Notes: a model not told the origin generated them from the letters alone. A stretch of DNA of 64,000 nt from Terricaulis sp. (GCF_044224985.1 NZ_JBGAJJ010000006.1); one strand, 5' to 3'; numbered from the stretch's first letter, positions 38,813 through 47,759 are shown. Numbers and translations are program-made.

Positions 38813-41035
38813 TTACGAGCACTTCGAGTAGCCGCATTCCAGACACTTGTCGCAGCCTTCAGCGCGGATCAGAGCTGCCGCGCCACATTTGGGACAACCG
38901 CGCGGCTTGGTCCCGTTAGGCCCGACCTCGGCCGTGAACGACGGCCGGATCGCGTCACCATCGAGATGCTTTTGGATTACGTCGCCGATTGCCGCGAGCA
39001 GCGAAGGGACATACCGGCCGCCCATCCAAGCCCCGCCGCGCGGATCGAACACCGCTTTCAATTCCTCGGCGACGAACGAGACATCGCCGCCGCGCCGGAA
39101 CACCGCCGAGATCATGCGGGTTAGCGCGAGCGTCCAGGCGTAATGCTCCATATTCTTGGAGTTGATGAAGATTTCGAACGGGCGCCGGCGCCCATCTTCT
39201 TCAATGTCATTGATTGTCACGTAGAGTGCGTGCTCGCTCTCGGGCCATTTCACTTTGTAGGTAGAGCCAATGAGTTTCTCGGGACGCGCCGTAAGCGTGG
39301 GTATGACGCATGGCTCTTTCTTCTGCGGCTCCGGGTTGACCGAGAGTACGGAGCCCGTGACCGCGTTGGGGCGATAGGTCGTGCAGCCCTTGCAGCCCAG
39401 ATCGTAGGCGCGGCCGTAGACACCGGCGAAATCCTCGAAGGCGATGTCTTCGGGGCAATTGATGGTTTTGGAAATTGAGCTGTCGATGTAGTGCTGCGCA
39501 ACAGCCTGCATTGCCAGGTGGTCGGCGGGCGTCAGCGTCTGCGCGCTGACGAAGCTGTGTTCCGGCGGCGTCGCTTCACCGTGCATGCGCTTCCAGACCG
39601 TGAGCGCGTAATCCTGCACCGGTTCTTCGATATAGCTGTTATCCTGCTGGCGCACCCGCCGCTGATAACTGAATGCAAACACCGGCTCGATGCCTGAGGA
39701 GACGTTGCCGGCCAGAAGTGAGATCGTGCCTGTCGGGGCGATCGTCGTCAGGCAACCATTGCGCAAACCGTGCTCGGCGATCAGCGCGCGCGTCTCTGCG
39801 TCGAGCGAAGCCGGCGTTGGCTGATCAAGCAGGCGCTTGTCGTAGACGGGGAAGGCGCCTTTCTCGCGCGCCAGGTCTGCTGAGGCGCGATAGGTCGCGG
39901 CACGGATGGTGTCGAGCCATTGACGCGTCAGGGCGATGCCATCGGCTTCGCCGTAGCGCGCGTTGCAGAAGATCAGAGCGTCGGCGAGGCCGGTTATGCC
40001 AAGGCCGATCCGCCGCTTCGCTTTGGCTTCTTGCTCTTGTTCGCGCAGCGGATAGCGCGAAACGTCGATCACATCGTCGAGGAAGCGCACGGCCGTCCCC
40101 GTGAGGTCCGCCAACCGCTCGGGATCTATGCCGGCGTCGGCGCTGAACGGGCGCTCGACAAGCCGCGCCAGGTTGATCGAACCGAGCAGGCAGGCGCCGT
40201 AGGGCGGCAGCGGCTGCTCGCCGCACGGATTGGTGGCGGCGATGGTTTCGCAATAGGCGAGATTGTTGTTGGCGTTGACGCGGTCAACGAAGATCACGCC
40301 CGGTTCTGCGACGTCGTAGGTGGCGCGCATCAGCCGCGCCCAAAGATCGCGCGCGCGCACGGTCCGGTAAATTTGTCCGTCGAACTGCAGAGGCCAATCC
40401 TGGTCTGCCGAGAGGGCCGCCATGAAGGCGTCGGTAACGAGCGCCGAGACATTGAAATTGCGCAGCCGCGCGGGATCCCGCTTGGCGTCGATGAAATCCT
40501 CGATGTCGGGATGGTCGATGCGGAGGCACGCCATCATCGCCCCGCGCCGCTGACCCGCTGACATCACCGTGCGACACATGGCGTCCCAGGCGTCCATGAA
40601 CGATAGCGGGCCGGACGCTTTCGCTCCGACGCCGCGGACGGGCGCGCCGGAGGGGCGGATGGTGGAAAAATCCATCCCCACGCCGCCGCCTTGCTGCATC
40701 GTCAGCGCCGCTTCTCGCAGGTGTTCGAAGATGCCGTCGAGATTGTCGGGAATCTTGCCCATGACGAAGCAGTTGAAAAGCGTCACGGCGCGTCCCGTTC
40801 CCGCGCCCGCCAGAATGCGGCCGGCTGGGAGGAACTTGAAGTCGGTCAGCGCCTCTTCGAACTTCTCGCGCCAACGGCGGCGTCCGCGCGCGGGCTCGGC
40901 CTCCGCCACCGCCGCTGCGACGCGCGACCAAGTCGCGTTGATATCAGCATCGCTACCGTCGCCATTAAGGAAGCGGTATTTGGTGTTCCAGATTTCCGCC
41001 GAGATTGTCGCGTCGAAAGGCATCGCTCTCTCCAT
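38813..41035 (-). CDS. nrdJ: adenosylcobalamin-dependent (class II) ribonucleotide reductase
   Basis: 740 aa. Contains GGGVGMDFSTIRP, NPCGEQPLPPYGACLLGS, SISKTINCP, TTYRPN, and a C-terminal Zn-ribbon CPKCG...CDKCLECGYSKC. The start may be MPFDAT (41023). Confidence 0.9.
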   Translation of the reverse strand: MERAMPFDATISAEIWNTKYRFLNGDGSDADINATWSRVAAAVAEAEPARGRRRWREKFEEALTDFKFLPAGRILAGAGTGRAVTLFNCFVMGKIPDNLDGIFEHLREAALTMQQGGGVGMDFSTIRPSGAPVRGVGAKASGPLSFMDAWDAMCRTVMSAGQRRGAMMACLRIDHPDIEDFIDAKRDPARLRNFNVSALVTDAFMAALSADQDWPLQFDGQIYRTVRARDLWARLMRATYDVAEPGVIFVDRVNANNNLAYCETIAATNPCGEQPLPPYGACLLGSINLARLVERPFSADAGIDPERLADLTGTAVRFLDDVIDVSRYPLREQEQEAKAKRRIGLGITGLADALIFCNARYGEADGIALTRQWLDTIRAATYRASADLAREKGAFPVYDKRLLDQPTPASLDAETRALIAEHGLRNGCLTTIAPTGTISLLAGNVSSGIEPVFAFSYQRRVRQQDNSYIEEPVQDYALTVWKRMHGEATPPEHSFVSAQTLTPADHLAMQAVAQHYIDSSISKTINCPEDIAFEDFAGVYGRAYDLGCKGCTTYRPNAVTGSVLSVNPEPQKKEPCVIPTLTARPEKLIGSTYKVKWPESEHALYVTINDIEEDGRRRPFEIFINSKNMEHYAWTLALTRMISAVFRRGGDVSFVAEELKAVFDPRGGAWMGGRYVPSLLAAIGDVIQKHLDGDAIRPSFTAEVGPNGTKPRGCPKCGAAALIRAEGCDKCLECGYSKCS

Positions 41036-41148
41036 ATGGGATGCGCTGGGATCGACGACGAGTGTCCGTGAGTCTCAAGTAAGGCGGAGGTAAATTGCCG
41101 CCTGTAGCGACAACAGAGCGCGCTTCTTGCGCCCCATCAACGCCGGGA

Positions 41149-41162
41149 TTGATGGAGGTCAA
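41149..41162. promoter_or_regulatory. FNR/FixK-type box TTGAT-GGAG-GTCAA (9/10)
   Basis: Lies in the 154-nt nrdJ leader/promoter region, ~114 nt upstream of the nrdJ start. Confidence 0.45.
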
Positions 41163-41189
41163 TCGGGCAGCGCGGCGGCAGGAGGGTGA

Positions 41190-42566
41190 TTAGCGGAAAA
41201 TCTTCTCTGGGTTCATGAGACCGAGCGGATCGAGCGCGCCCTTGATCGATCTCATCAGCGCCACGCCGGCGCCCAGCTCCGCGACAAGCGCCTCGCGCTT
41301 GCCGAGGCCCACACCGTGTTCGCCGGTGCAGGTGCCATCCATGTCGATGGCGCGGGCGACCAGGGCATCGTTGAAGCGCTCGGCCGCCGCCAGTTCCTGA
41401 GGCGCCTTGGGGTCGAGCATGAGCACAACGTGAAAGTTGCCGTCGCCGATATGACCCAGCACCGCGGCGGGGAAGGGCGCGCGCGCCAAGTCCGCTTTGG
41501 TCTGCACGATGCATTCAGCGAGCCGGCTGATTGGCACACAGACATCGGTGGACCAAGGCACGGCGCCTGGGCGCGACGCAGCGATCGCGAAGCCGGCGTG
41601 ATGGCGCGCACGCCACAGTGCGCTGCGCGCTTCCGCATCAATCGCCCACTCGAACTCTCCGCCGCCGTTGCCCAGCGCGATGGCCTTGAAGCGATCAGCG
41701 CATCGGGAGACTTCCTCAGGCGCGCCGTGAAACTCCAGGAACAAGGTGTCGCCCGCTTCGCGATTCATCTTGAACGCCGTATTGACTGCGGCCATTGCCG
41801 CGCCGTCCAGATACTCGGCGCGCGCCAGCGGCAAACCTTGCTGAATGGCCTCGACCACCGAGGTCGTAGCCGCGCTGGCGGACGGAAACGCACACACCGC
41901 CGCGCCAATCGCTTCCGGCACGCCGAAGAGACGAAGAGTCACCTCGGCGATGACGCCAAGCGTGCCCTCCGCACCGACGAAGAGATGCGTGAGATCATAG
42001 CCCGCCGCACTCTTGCGGGCGCGGCGGGCAGTGCGCACCACCTCCCCAGTGGGAGTGACGACCGTGAGGCCGAGGACGTTTTCGCGCATGCCGCCATAAC
42101 GCACCGTGGTGGTGCCGGAGGCGCGGGTGGAGGCCATGCCCCCGATCGTGGCGTCAGCGCCGGGATCGACCGGGAAGAACAGCCCGGTGTGGCGCAAGTG
42201 CTGGTTCAAGGCCGTGCGCGTCATGCCGGCCTCGACGGTGCAGTCCAAATCTTCTTCGTTGACGGAAATCAGCTTCTGCATGCCGCTCAGGTCGAGGCAG
42301 ACGCCGCCGCGTGCGGCGCCGACATGACACTCCAGCGAGGTGCCGGCGCCGTACGGGATGATCGCGATGGCGGAGGCGTTGCAGGCCTGCACGAGGGCGG
42401 CGATTTCATCGATGCTATGGACGAAGGCGACGGCCTGCGGCGGGAGCGGGCGCAGGTGCATGCCGGCCCCGGCGTGCTGATCGCAGACCGCGCCGGCCGT
42501 GGTGAACCGCTCGCCAAGCAAAGCGCGCGCCTTGTCGATGAGCGCCGGAGGCAACGGGGCCGTCAC
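41190..42566 (-). CDS. FAD-linked oxidase (GlcD / D-lactate dehydrogenase family)
   Basis: 458 aa. FAD-binding PCMH pattern (IIPYGAGTSLEGH-like: IIPYGAGTSLECHV) and C-terminal GTCTGEHGVGLGKRE...DPLGLMNPEKIF. Confidence 0.8.
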   Translation of the reverse strand: MTAPLPPALIDKARALLGERFTTAGAVCDQHAGAGMHLRPLPPQAVAFVHSIDEIAALVQACNASAIAIIPYGAGTSLECHVGAARGGVCLDLSGMQKLISVNEEDLDCTVEAGMTRTALNQHLRHTGLFFPVDPGADATIGGMASTRASGTTTVRYGGMRENVLGLTVVTPTGEVVRTARRARKSAAGYDLTHLFVGAEGTLGVIAEVTLRLFGVPEAIGAAVCAFPSASAATTSVVEAIQQGLPLARAEYLDGAAMAAVNTAFKMNREAGDTLFLEFHGAPEEVSRCADRFKAIALGNGGGEFEWAIDAEARSALWRARHHAGFAIAASRPGAVPWSTDVCVPISRLAECIVQTKADLARAPFPAAVLGHIGDGNFHVVLMLDPKAPQELAAAERFNDALVARAIDMDGTCTGEHGVGLGKREALVAELGAGVALMRSIKGALDPLGLMNPEKIFR

Positions 42567-44104
42567 TTGAACATCGCCTCGATGAGGGAAGGCCCTGGCG
42601 TGGCGAAGCTGCGCCGGAGCGCCGCCGAGAGCTCGTCCACTGTCGTCACACGCTGTGCTGGAACGCCGAAGCCTTGTGCGATCTCAGTGAAGTCGATGCT
42701 TGGGCGCTGCAGATCGAACAGCGCCGCCGCCGCCTCGGTTTGCGCATTGATGCCGGCGCGCATCATTTCGAGCTTGAGGATTGCATAAGCGCCGTTGTTC
42801 AGGATGACATTGGTGACGTTCAAACCTTCGCGCGCTTGCGACCACAGCGCTTGGATTGTGTAGAGGGCGCTGCCGTCGGCTTGCAGCGCGACGACGCGGC
42901 GGTTCGGACACGCAACAGCGGCGCCGGTCGCCAGCGGAAGACCTTGGCCGATGGCGCCGCCGGTCAACGTCAGCCAATCATGCGGCGGCGCGCCGGCTGC
43001 TGCATCGAAGGCGTAAAGCCCCAACGTGTTGGACTCATCGGAAACAATGGCGCCTTCGGGCAGCGTGGCGGCGAGCGCAGCGCTGAGGCCGCTTGCATCC
43101 AGAGGCGCATTGGAATCCACGGCGCCTGCGGTGGTCGCAGCCGTCAGGATGTGGCGCGAGCCAGCGCCGACGGCCTCCGCGAGTGCTTCGAGAACTTCGG
43201 TTGGGTCGCCGAATGGCGGAAACAGCTCGATCAGCGCTGCCTCTGGCGGCGCCAGCTCAGTTGGGCGCCCGGGCAGCGCAAAGAAGGCGACGGGCTTCGT
43301 CGCGCCAGCAAGGATGATTGTCTCGGCATTGGCGAGGAGGCCGCTAGCCATCTCTGAGAGGTAGGGCAGCCGGCGCAGGGGCGCGCCTCCGCCGCCGCGC
43401 TCAATGCGCGTCGGGAAGGTTTCGACATATACCTGCGCGCCCGTCTTCTCTGCGATCCGCTGCGCCGCCGCGCATGCGCGGGCTGATAAGCGCCGGCCGC
43501 CCAGCAACACAACTGTGCGGGCGCCGAGCGCCTGGGCGGCGCTATCGATTTTTGAGTGCCTGTCAGGCGCAGGCGAATGGTCTGCCGATGCGCCAGGGGT
43601 ATCCGGTTCGATGTCGGACCATGCGATGTCGGCCGGCAGGATAAGAGACGCAGGACCGTCGCGGCGTGCCGCGCGCAAGCCAAGCGCGGCGTCCGAGACG
43701 ATGGCCTCAGCCCGAGTCGTCGTCTTCAGCCAAGCCGAGACGGGCCGCGCCAACGCCTCGATGTCGGTCGCAAGCGGGGGGTTGTTGTCGCGATGGAAAG
43801 TGGCGTGTTCGCCGATCAATGAGAGTATGGGCGTACGCGCGCGATAGGCGTTGTGCAGATTGGCCAAGCCATTGGCGAGCCCAGGGCCGAGGTGCAGCAA
43901 TGTGAGCGCCGGGTTTGCCGCCATGCGTCCGAAGCCATCCGCTGCACCCGTGGCGACACCTTCGAATAGGCAGAGGATCGGACGAATTTGCGGAACAGCG
44001 TCCAGCGCGGCGACGAGATGCATCTCCGAAGTGCCCGGGTTTGCAAAGCAAGCGGTCACACCCTCTTGCGCCGCGTACTCAAGCAGTCTCTGCGCAGCTC
44101 TCAC
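42563..44104 (-). CDS. thiamine-pyrophosphate-dependent enzyme (acetolactate-synthase-like large subunit family)
   Basis: 513 aa. N-terminal GVTACFANPGTSEMHL and C-terminal TPP motif GGAIGQGLPLATGAAVA...ALQADGSALYT...LNNGAY. Confidence 0.8.
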   Translation of the reverse strand: MRAAQRLLEYAAQEGVTACFANPGTSEMHLVAALDAVPQIRPILCLFEGVATGAADGFGRMAANPALTLLHLGPGLANGLANLHNAYRARTPILSLIGEHATFHRDNNPPLATDIEALARPVSAWLKTTTRAEAIVSDAALGLRAARRDGPASLILPADIAWSDIEPDTPGASADHSPAPDRHSKIDSAAQALGARTVVLLGGRRLSARACAAAQRIAEKTGAQVYVETFPTRIERGGGGAPLRRLPYLSEMASGLLANAETIILAGATKPVAFFALPGRPTELAPPEAALIELFPPFGDPTEVLEALAEAVGAGSRHILTAATTAGAVDSNAPLDASGLSAALAATLPEGAIVSDESNTLGLYAFDAAAGAPPHDWLTLTGGAIGQGLPLATGAAVACPNRRVVALQADGSALYTIQALWSQAREGLNVTNVILNNGAYAILKLEMMRAGINAQTEAAAALFDLQRPSIDFTEIAQGFGVPAQRVTTVDELSAALRRSFATPGPSLIEAMFK

Positions 44105-44153
44105 GGTCCAAGTCTCCCACGGCGCACGCTAGCGCGGATGCCGGCCGCGTCGA

Positions 44154-44167
44154 TTGAGGAGCCTCAA
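44154..44167. promoter_or_regulatory. FixK-like palindrome TTGAG-GAGC-CTCAA (TTGA-N6-TCAA)
   Basis: Part of the perfect palindrome ATTGAGG-AG-CCTCAAT, ~50 nt upstream of the TPP-enzyme start (44104) in a divergent intergenic region. Confidence 0.35.
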
Positions 44168-44461
44168 TCGCTCAATGCCCGATCAGGGCGATGGGAGATT
44201 GGTAGAGGGGCACGGCCTCGACACGTTGCGATTGGCGGTTGCCCAGCGGGCGCGAGAGATGGCCCCTCGCGTTGATCGCGATGGATGCGGGCGACGGCTT
44301 TCGGCGCATCACGTCGGTGCAGCAGGCGCCAAGCTCCTGACTGGATTGGATCGACTACGCCGCTCGCGATGCGCGGGGCCGCCGGACAGAGCGCCAGATG
44401 ATTGACGCCGCGCAAAGCAAGCGCCGCCGAACCTCGCATACTTCGCTCTCGGGAGTGGGAC

Positions 44462-44647
44462 ATGGAGTCTCAGAGCGACGCGAAGTGCGCGCATTGCGGT
44501 GCCGCATACAAGGTGATCTGGGTGCGCTCGGCGTGGCCTTCCAAGGGTGTTGCCGAGTGCGTTGAGTGCGGCGGCGAGATGGATCGCTGGGACGCAACAA
44601 CATGGCCCAGCTACAGACGCGTCCCGTTCGACGATGGCAGCGCTTGA
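44462..44647 (+). CDS. small zinc-ribbon protein
   Basis: 61 aa from MESQSD (RBS GGGAG 44451-44455). CxxC...CxxC pattern: CAHCG...CVECG. Confidence 0.45.
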   Translation: MESQSDAKCAHCGAAYKVIWVRSAWPSKGVAECVECGGEMDRWDATTWPSYRRVPFDDGSA

Positions 44648-44688
44648 AGCCCCCGCTTGGCCCAGTCGAATCATACTGGAGGCGCCTA

Positions 44689-45069
44689 ATGTTCCGATCG
44701 ACGCAGCGAAGAATGCTTGTTGGATTGGCCTTTCTGGTGAGCGCGTGCGTGGGGACGCCGGTCCAAACGCCCGGCGCAACGTCGCCGCCAGACATGGCCG
44801 CGGAAGCTTCGCCCGCGCGCGGGCTGGTGTATGCGCAAAGTGTGTGTGCATCCTGCCATGCCGTCGAAACGGGGCAGACGAGTTCGCCCAATCCTCAGGC
44901 GCCGCCTTTTGAAGTCATCGCCAACCTGCCGGGCATGACCCCCGCCGCGCTCAATGTTTGGCTGCACTCGCCGCACCCGAGCATGCCCAACATGATTGTC
45001 GCTCCGGACGACCGGGACGACGTCGCCGCTTATCTCAATTCGTTGAAGCACGGCGCCGGGCGCGGTTGA
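44689..45069 (+). CDS. c-type cytochrome, lipoprotein-anchored
   Basis: 126 aa. RBS GGAGG at 44678-44682. Signal peptide with lipobox LVSAC. Haem motif CASCHAV. Distal Met region HPSMPNM. Confidence 0.75.
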   Translation: MFRSTQRRMLVGLAFLVSACVGTPVQTPGATSPPDMAAEASPARGLVYAQSVCASCHAVETGQTSSPNPQAPPFEVIANLPGMTPAALNVWLHSPHPSMPNMIVAPDDRDDVAAYLNSLKHGAGRG

Positions 45070-45432
45070 TGCTTGCGAATGGCTGGTTTCGGCGACAACG
45101 CGTCATTGCTGCGAGCGCTAAGCCACTGTCCACAATCGAGAGAGTCGGCCGGTCGCGAAAATCGGTGCGATGACCACGCTGGCCCGGAGCAGACGCTCTC
45201 TATTGGATGCCGAAATCGATCACGAGTTGGGCGGCGGCGCCGGACGTGTCAGTGCCGAGAAAGGCGCAATAGGTCCCATTGGACCAACCTGATCGGCAAA
45301 CAACGAAGTTGGACCCGTCCGCAAGTGGAACATTGGCAAAATCGCGAGTCTTCTCGCCGTCCATCACGTACTGCGCCAACCAATCGTCGAATGCATTCTT
45401 GACGCCTTGCGCGGCGGATAACGCGCGTTCAC

Positions 45433-47307
45433 GTGTGTCGGTGTCAAAGAACGCTATCGCACCGAATTCCGCGGAGAATTCTAGATCCAGAAACGGTCAG
45501 GCCAAAAATCCAAGGCGTCGATTTTCTCTTCGTGCAGACGCACCTAGCAGCCGAATACTTTGCTCAAGCCTTTCCGGATTTGGTCGACCGCGCGCATATA
45601 TTTCCGCGCATCTTCTTCCCCGGTTTTCATCCCGACAACGCAACCGTGCGCTCTGAGGCAGGCCCGATCAACGGCCAGCCGTTCGGGCCGTATCATTCCA
45701 AAATCATCGTTTCGGCGTTCGTGCGCGGGCTGCCCGTGGAACGCGCCGTCTCATTGTTCAATCGGGGCACCTACGAACGTCTTGGCTATCTCGACGCCTA
45801 TGATGAGGCATGGACGCAATTACGCGAGGACTGCCAGCGCATTGACGTAGACATGAAGCAGGCTTTTGGCCGGTGGCAGCGAGCGGGATGCTTCATGTAC
45901 ACCGTCAACCATCCGCATCTGCATATTCTCTCTGACGTGGCGCACGCGATGTTGCGCTCAATTTGCGTTGACCCTCGCACCGACAGAGCGGAGCGCCACG
46001 CGCATGACGACCTGCGAAGGTCTTTCGTCCTGCCGGTTTTTCCGGAATTGGCCGAGCGCATTGGGGGCGCGGGAGATTATGTTTTCAAGCTTCCTCACCA
46101 GTGGGGGCACGATGCGCAGACTCTTACTCTCGAGGAATTTGCAGAGCGGTCGTATGCGGCGTATGCGCCGCTCGGCGAGCTAAGCGCCGATCGGTTTGAC
46201 GTGAACACGTTTCTTGACAATGCGTTGGGCGAGCGCGGGCACGGCATCAAAAGTGCGCGCGTTCCAACGCCGCATGAACCGGATCGAGAAAATCCTTACA
46301 GCGCGCTTCCGCCGGAACAGGTTTGGCGGCTCGCGGTGGCGGACGTTGCACACGGCGACGTTGACCCCGTGGCGGCTGTTAAGTTCACGCTCGCGCGCGG
46401 CGACAAGGTGGCGACGTTCGGAAGCTGCTTCGCTCAGCACATTTCGCAGCGACTCCAGCGCGCGGGGCTTGGCTACTACGTCACAGAGCAAGCGCCCGCA
46501 GACCTGGCGCCAGCCGATGCGCTCGCCCGATCGTTTGGCGTGTTCTCGGCGCGATATGGAAACCTCTACACGGCGCGCCAGTTCGCCCAGCTTATCGAGC
46601 GTGCTTACGATCCGAGCGCCCACACAGAGCCCGGCTGGACTCGCCCGGATGGCCGCGTTGCAGACCCTTTCCGCCCGATGATTGAGCCGGACGGATTCGC
46701 CAGCGAAGCGGACATGCAAGCGAGCCGCGCCGCGCATCTCGCCAGCGTGCGCGAGCTTGTCGAAGGGATGGACGTGCTGGTTTTCACGCTGGGGCTAACC
46801 GAGGCGTGGCGCTCGCGCGCAACGGGCGCGGTCTTTCCCGTCGCGCCAGGCGTTGCAGCCGGCGCTTGGGACCGCGAGCGTTTCGAGTTCGTGAACTTCA
46901 CGGCGCGCGAGGTTGTCGCTGACACTATGGCCGCTCTGGAGCGCGTGCGCAGCGTGAACCCAAGGGCGCGCACCATTCTCACCGTCTCGCCCGTTCCCCT
47001 GGTTGCGACCTATGAGCCCCGCCACGTTCTCGTTAGCACGACCGCAAGCAAGTCGATTTTGCGCACGGCGGCCGATGAGATAGCCCGCGCGCACGAATGG
47101 GCGCTCTATTTTCCGTCCTACGAAATTGTCTCAGCGCCCTACACGCGCGGCGCCTACTTTGAGCCGAACCTGCGCAGCGTCACTGCGGCGGGCGTGGATC
47201 ACGTTATGCGGCTGTTTCTGCGCCACCTCTATGACATCGAGAGTGCCGCGGCGGGGCTCATGTCTGGGTATGACGTGGTGTGCGATGAGGAAGCGCTAGG
47301 CCGTTAA
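45433..47307 (+). CDS. WcbI-like / GSCFA-domain protein (start uncertain, N-terminus possibly truncated)
   Basis: The C-terminal half carries GSCFAQHISQRL (GSCFA family). The N-terminal half resembles capsule-associated WcbI-type domains but seems to lack their usual N-terminal beginning. Alternative GTG start near 45530. Confidence 0.6.
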   Translation: MCRCQRTLSHRIPRRILDPETVRPKIQGVDFLFVQTHLAAEYFAQAFPDLVDRAHIFPRIFFPGFHPDNATVRSEAGPINGQPFGPYHSKIIVSAFVRGLPVERAVSLFNRGTYERLGYLDAYDEAWTQLREDCQRIDVDMKQAFGRWQRAGCFMYTVNHPHLHILSDVAHAMLRSICVDPRTDRAERHAHDDLRRSFVLPVFPELAERIGGAGDYVFKLPHQWGHDAQTLTLEEFAERSYAAYAPLGELSADRFDVNTFLDNALGERGHGIKSARVPTPHEPDRENPYSALPPEQVWRLAVADVAHGDVDPVAAVKFTLARGDKVATFGSCFAQHISQRLQRAGLGYYVTEQAPADLAPADALARSFGVFSARYGNLYTARQFAQLIERAYDPSAHTEPGWTRPDGRVADPFRPMIEPDGFASEADMQASRAAHLASVRELVEGMDVLVFTLGLTEAWRSRATGAVFPVAPGVAAGAWDRERFEFVNFTAREVVADTMAALERVRSVNPRARTILTVSPVPLVATYEPRHVLVSTTASKSILRTAADEIARAHEWALYFPSYEIVSAPYTRGAYFEPNLRSVTAAGVDHVMRLFLRHLYDIESAAAGLMSGYDVVCDEEALGR

Positions 47308-47415
47308 CGAACGTCTAGGCGCGAGCCTTGCTTAGATCACCGGCGTTTGCGTAGACGGTCCGTAGATTTCCATCAAAGCACGGGCCGAAGCGCAAGCCTA
47401 AGTAGCTGAAAGAAA

Positions 47416-47490
47416 TGGCTCCCCGGGTAGGATTCGAACCTACGACCAACCGGTTAACAGCCGGTTGCTCTACCACTGAGCTACCGAGGA
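47416..47490 (-). tRNA. tRNA-Asn (anticodon GTT)
   Basis: Reverse complement TCCTCGGTAGCTCAGTGGTAGAGCAACCGGCTGTTAACCGGTTGGTCGTAGGTTCGAATCCTACCCGGGGAGCCA folds as a cloverleaf: 7-bp acceptor stem (one G-U), anticodon loop CTGTTAA, T-loop TTCGAAT, encoded CCA. Confidence 0.9.
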
Positions 47491-47589
47491 ACATTTCTCG
47501 CCCGCGCTCGCGCGCGGAGCGGGGTCTCTATCAAGTTCGGCGCCAGGGGGAAAGTCCCTGTTGCCGCACACTTTTGGGAAATCGCGTCT

Positions 47590-47625
47590 CCCAAAGGAAA
47601 ACGAGGCCCCCTTTCGGGGGCCTCG
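47590..47625 (-). terminator. rho-independent terminator downstream of tRNA-Cys
   Basis: Perfect 10-bp stem CGAGGCCCCC / GGGGGCCTCG with a 4-nt loop (47602-47625), followed on the minus strand by TTTTCCTTTGGG. Confidence 0.65.
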
Positions 47626-47759
47626 AAGGCGTTGGGTATGGTGGGGTGTCTCCAAGGGAAGACAACGCCACTATCGCGCCGGTCGGTAAAGAAGCCGTTA
47701 ATGGCAAACGCGGGGCTAACGAAGCCTACCGAAGTGTTTGCCATAACGCGGAAATTTGT

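Larger units (their letters stand above)
5224..47460. mobile_element. putative tRNA-Asn-integrated genomic island (~42 kb), possibly composite
   Basis: Bounded by the perfect 47-bp direct repeat (partial tRNA copy at 5224-5270, intact tRNA-Asn at 47416-47490). A P4-type integrase, AlpA-like gene and rep-like HTH gene lie directly inside the distal repeat. Confidence 0.6.

Noticed and set aside
41036-41189. Possible cobalamin riboswitch or NrdR boxes in the nrdJ leader, and a Moco riboswitch ahead of the moa genes.
   Set aside because: I could not recognise a B12-box or NrdR-box consensus by eye. The moa genes have no free leader because they are internal to an overlapping operon. Only the FNR-like palindrome is reported. 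A covariance-model scan (Rfam) would be needed to settle this.
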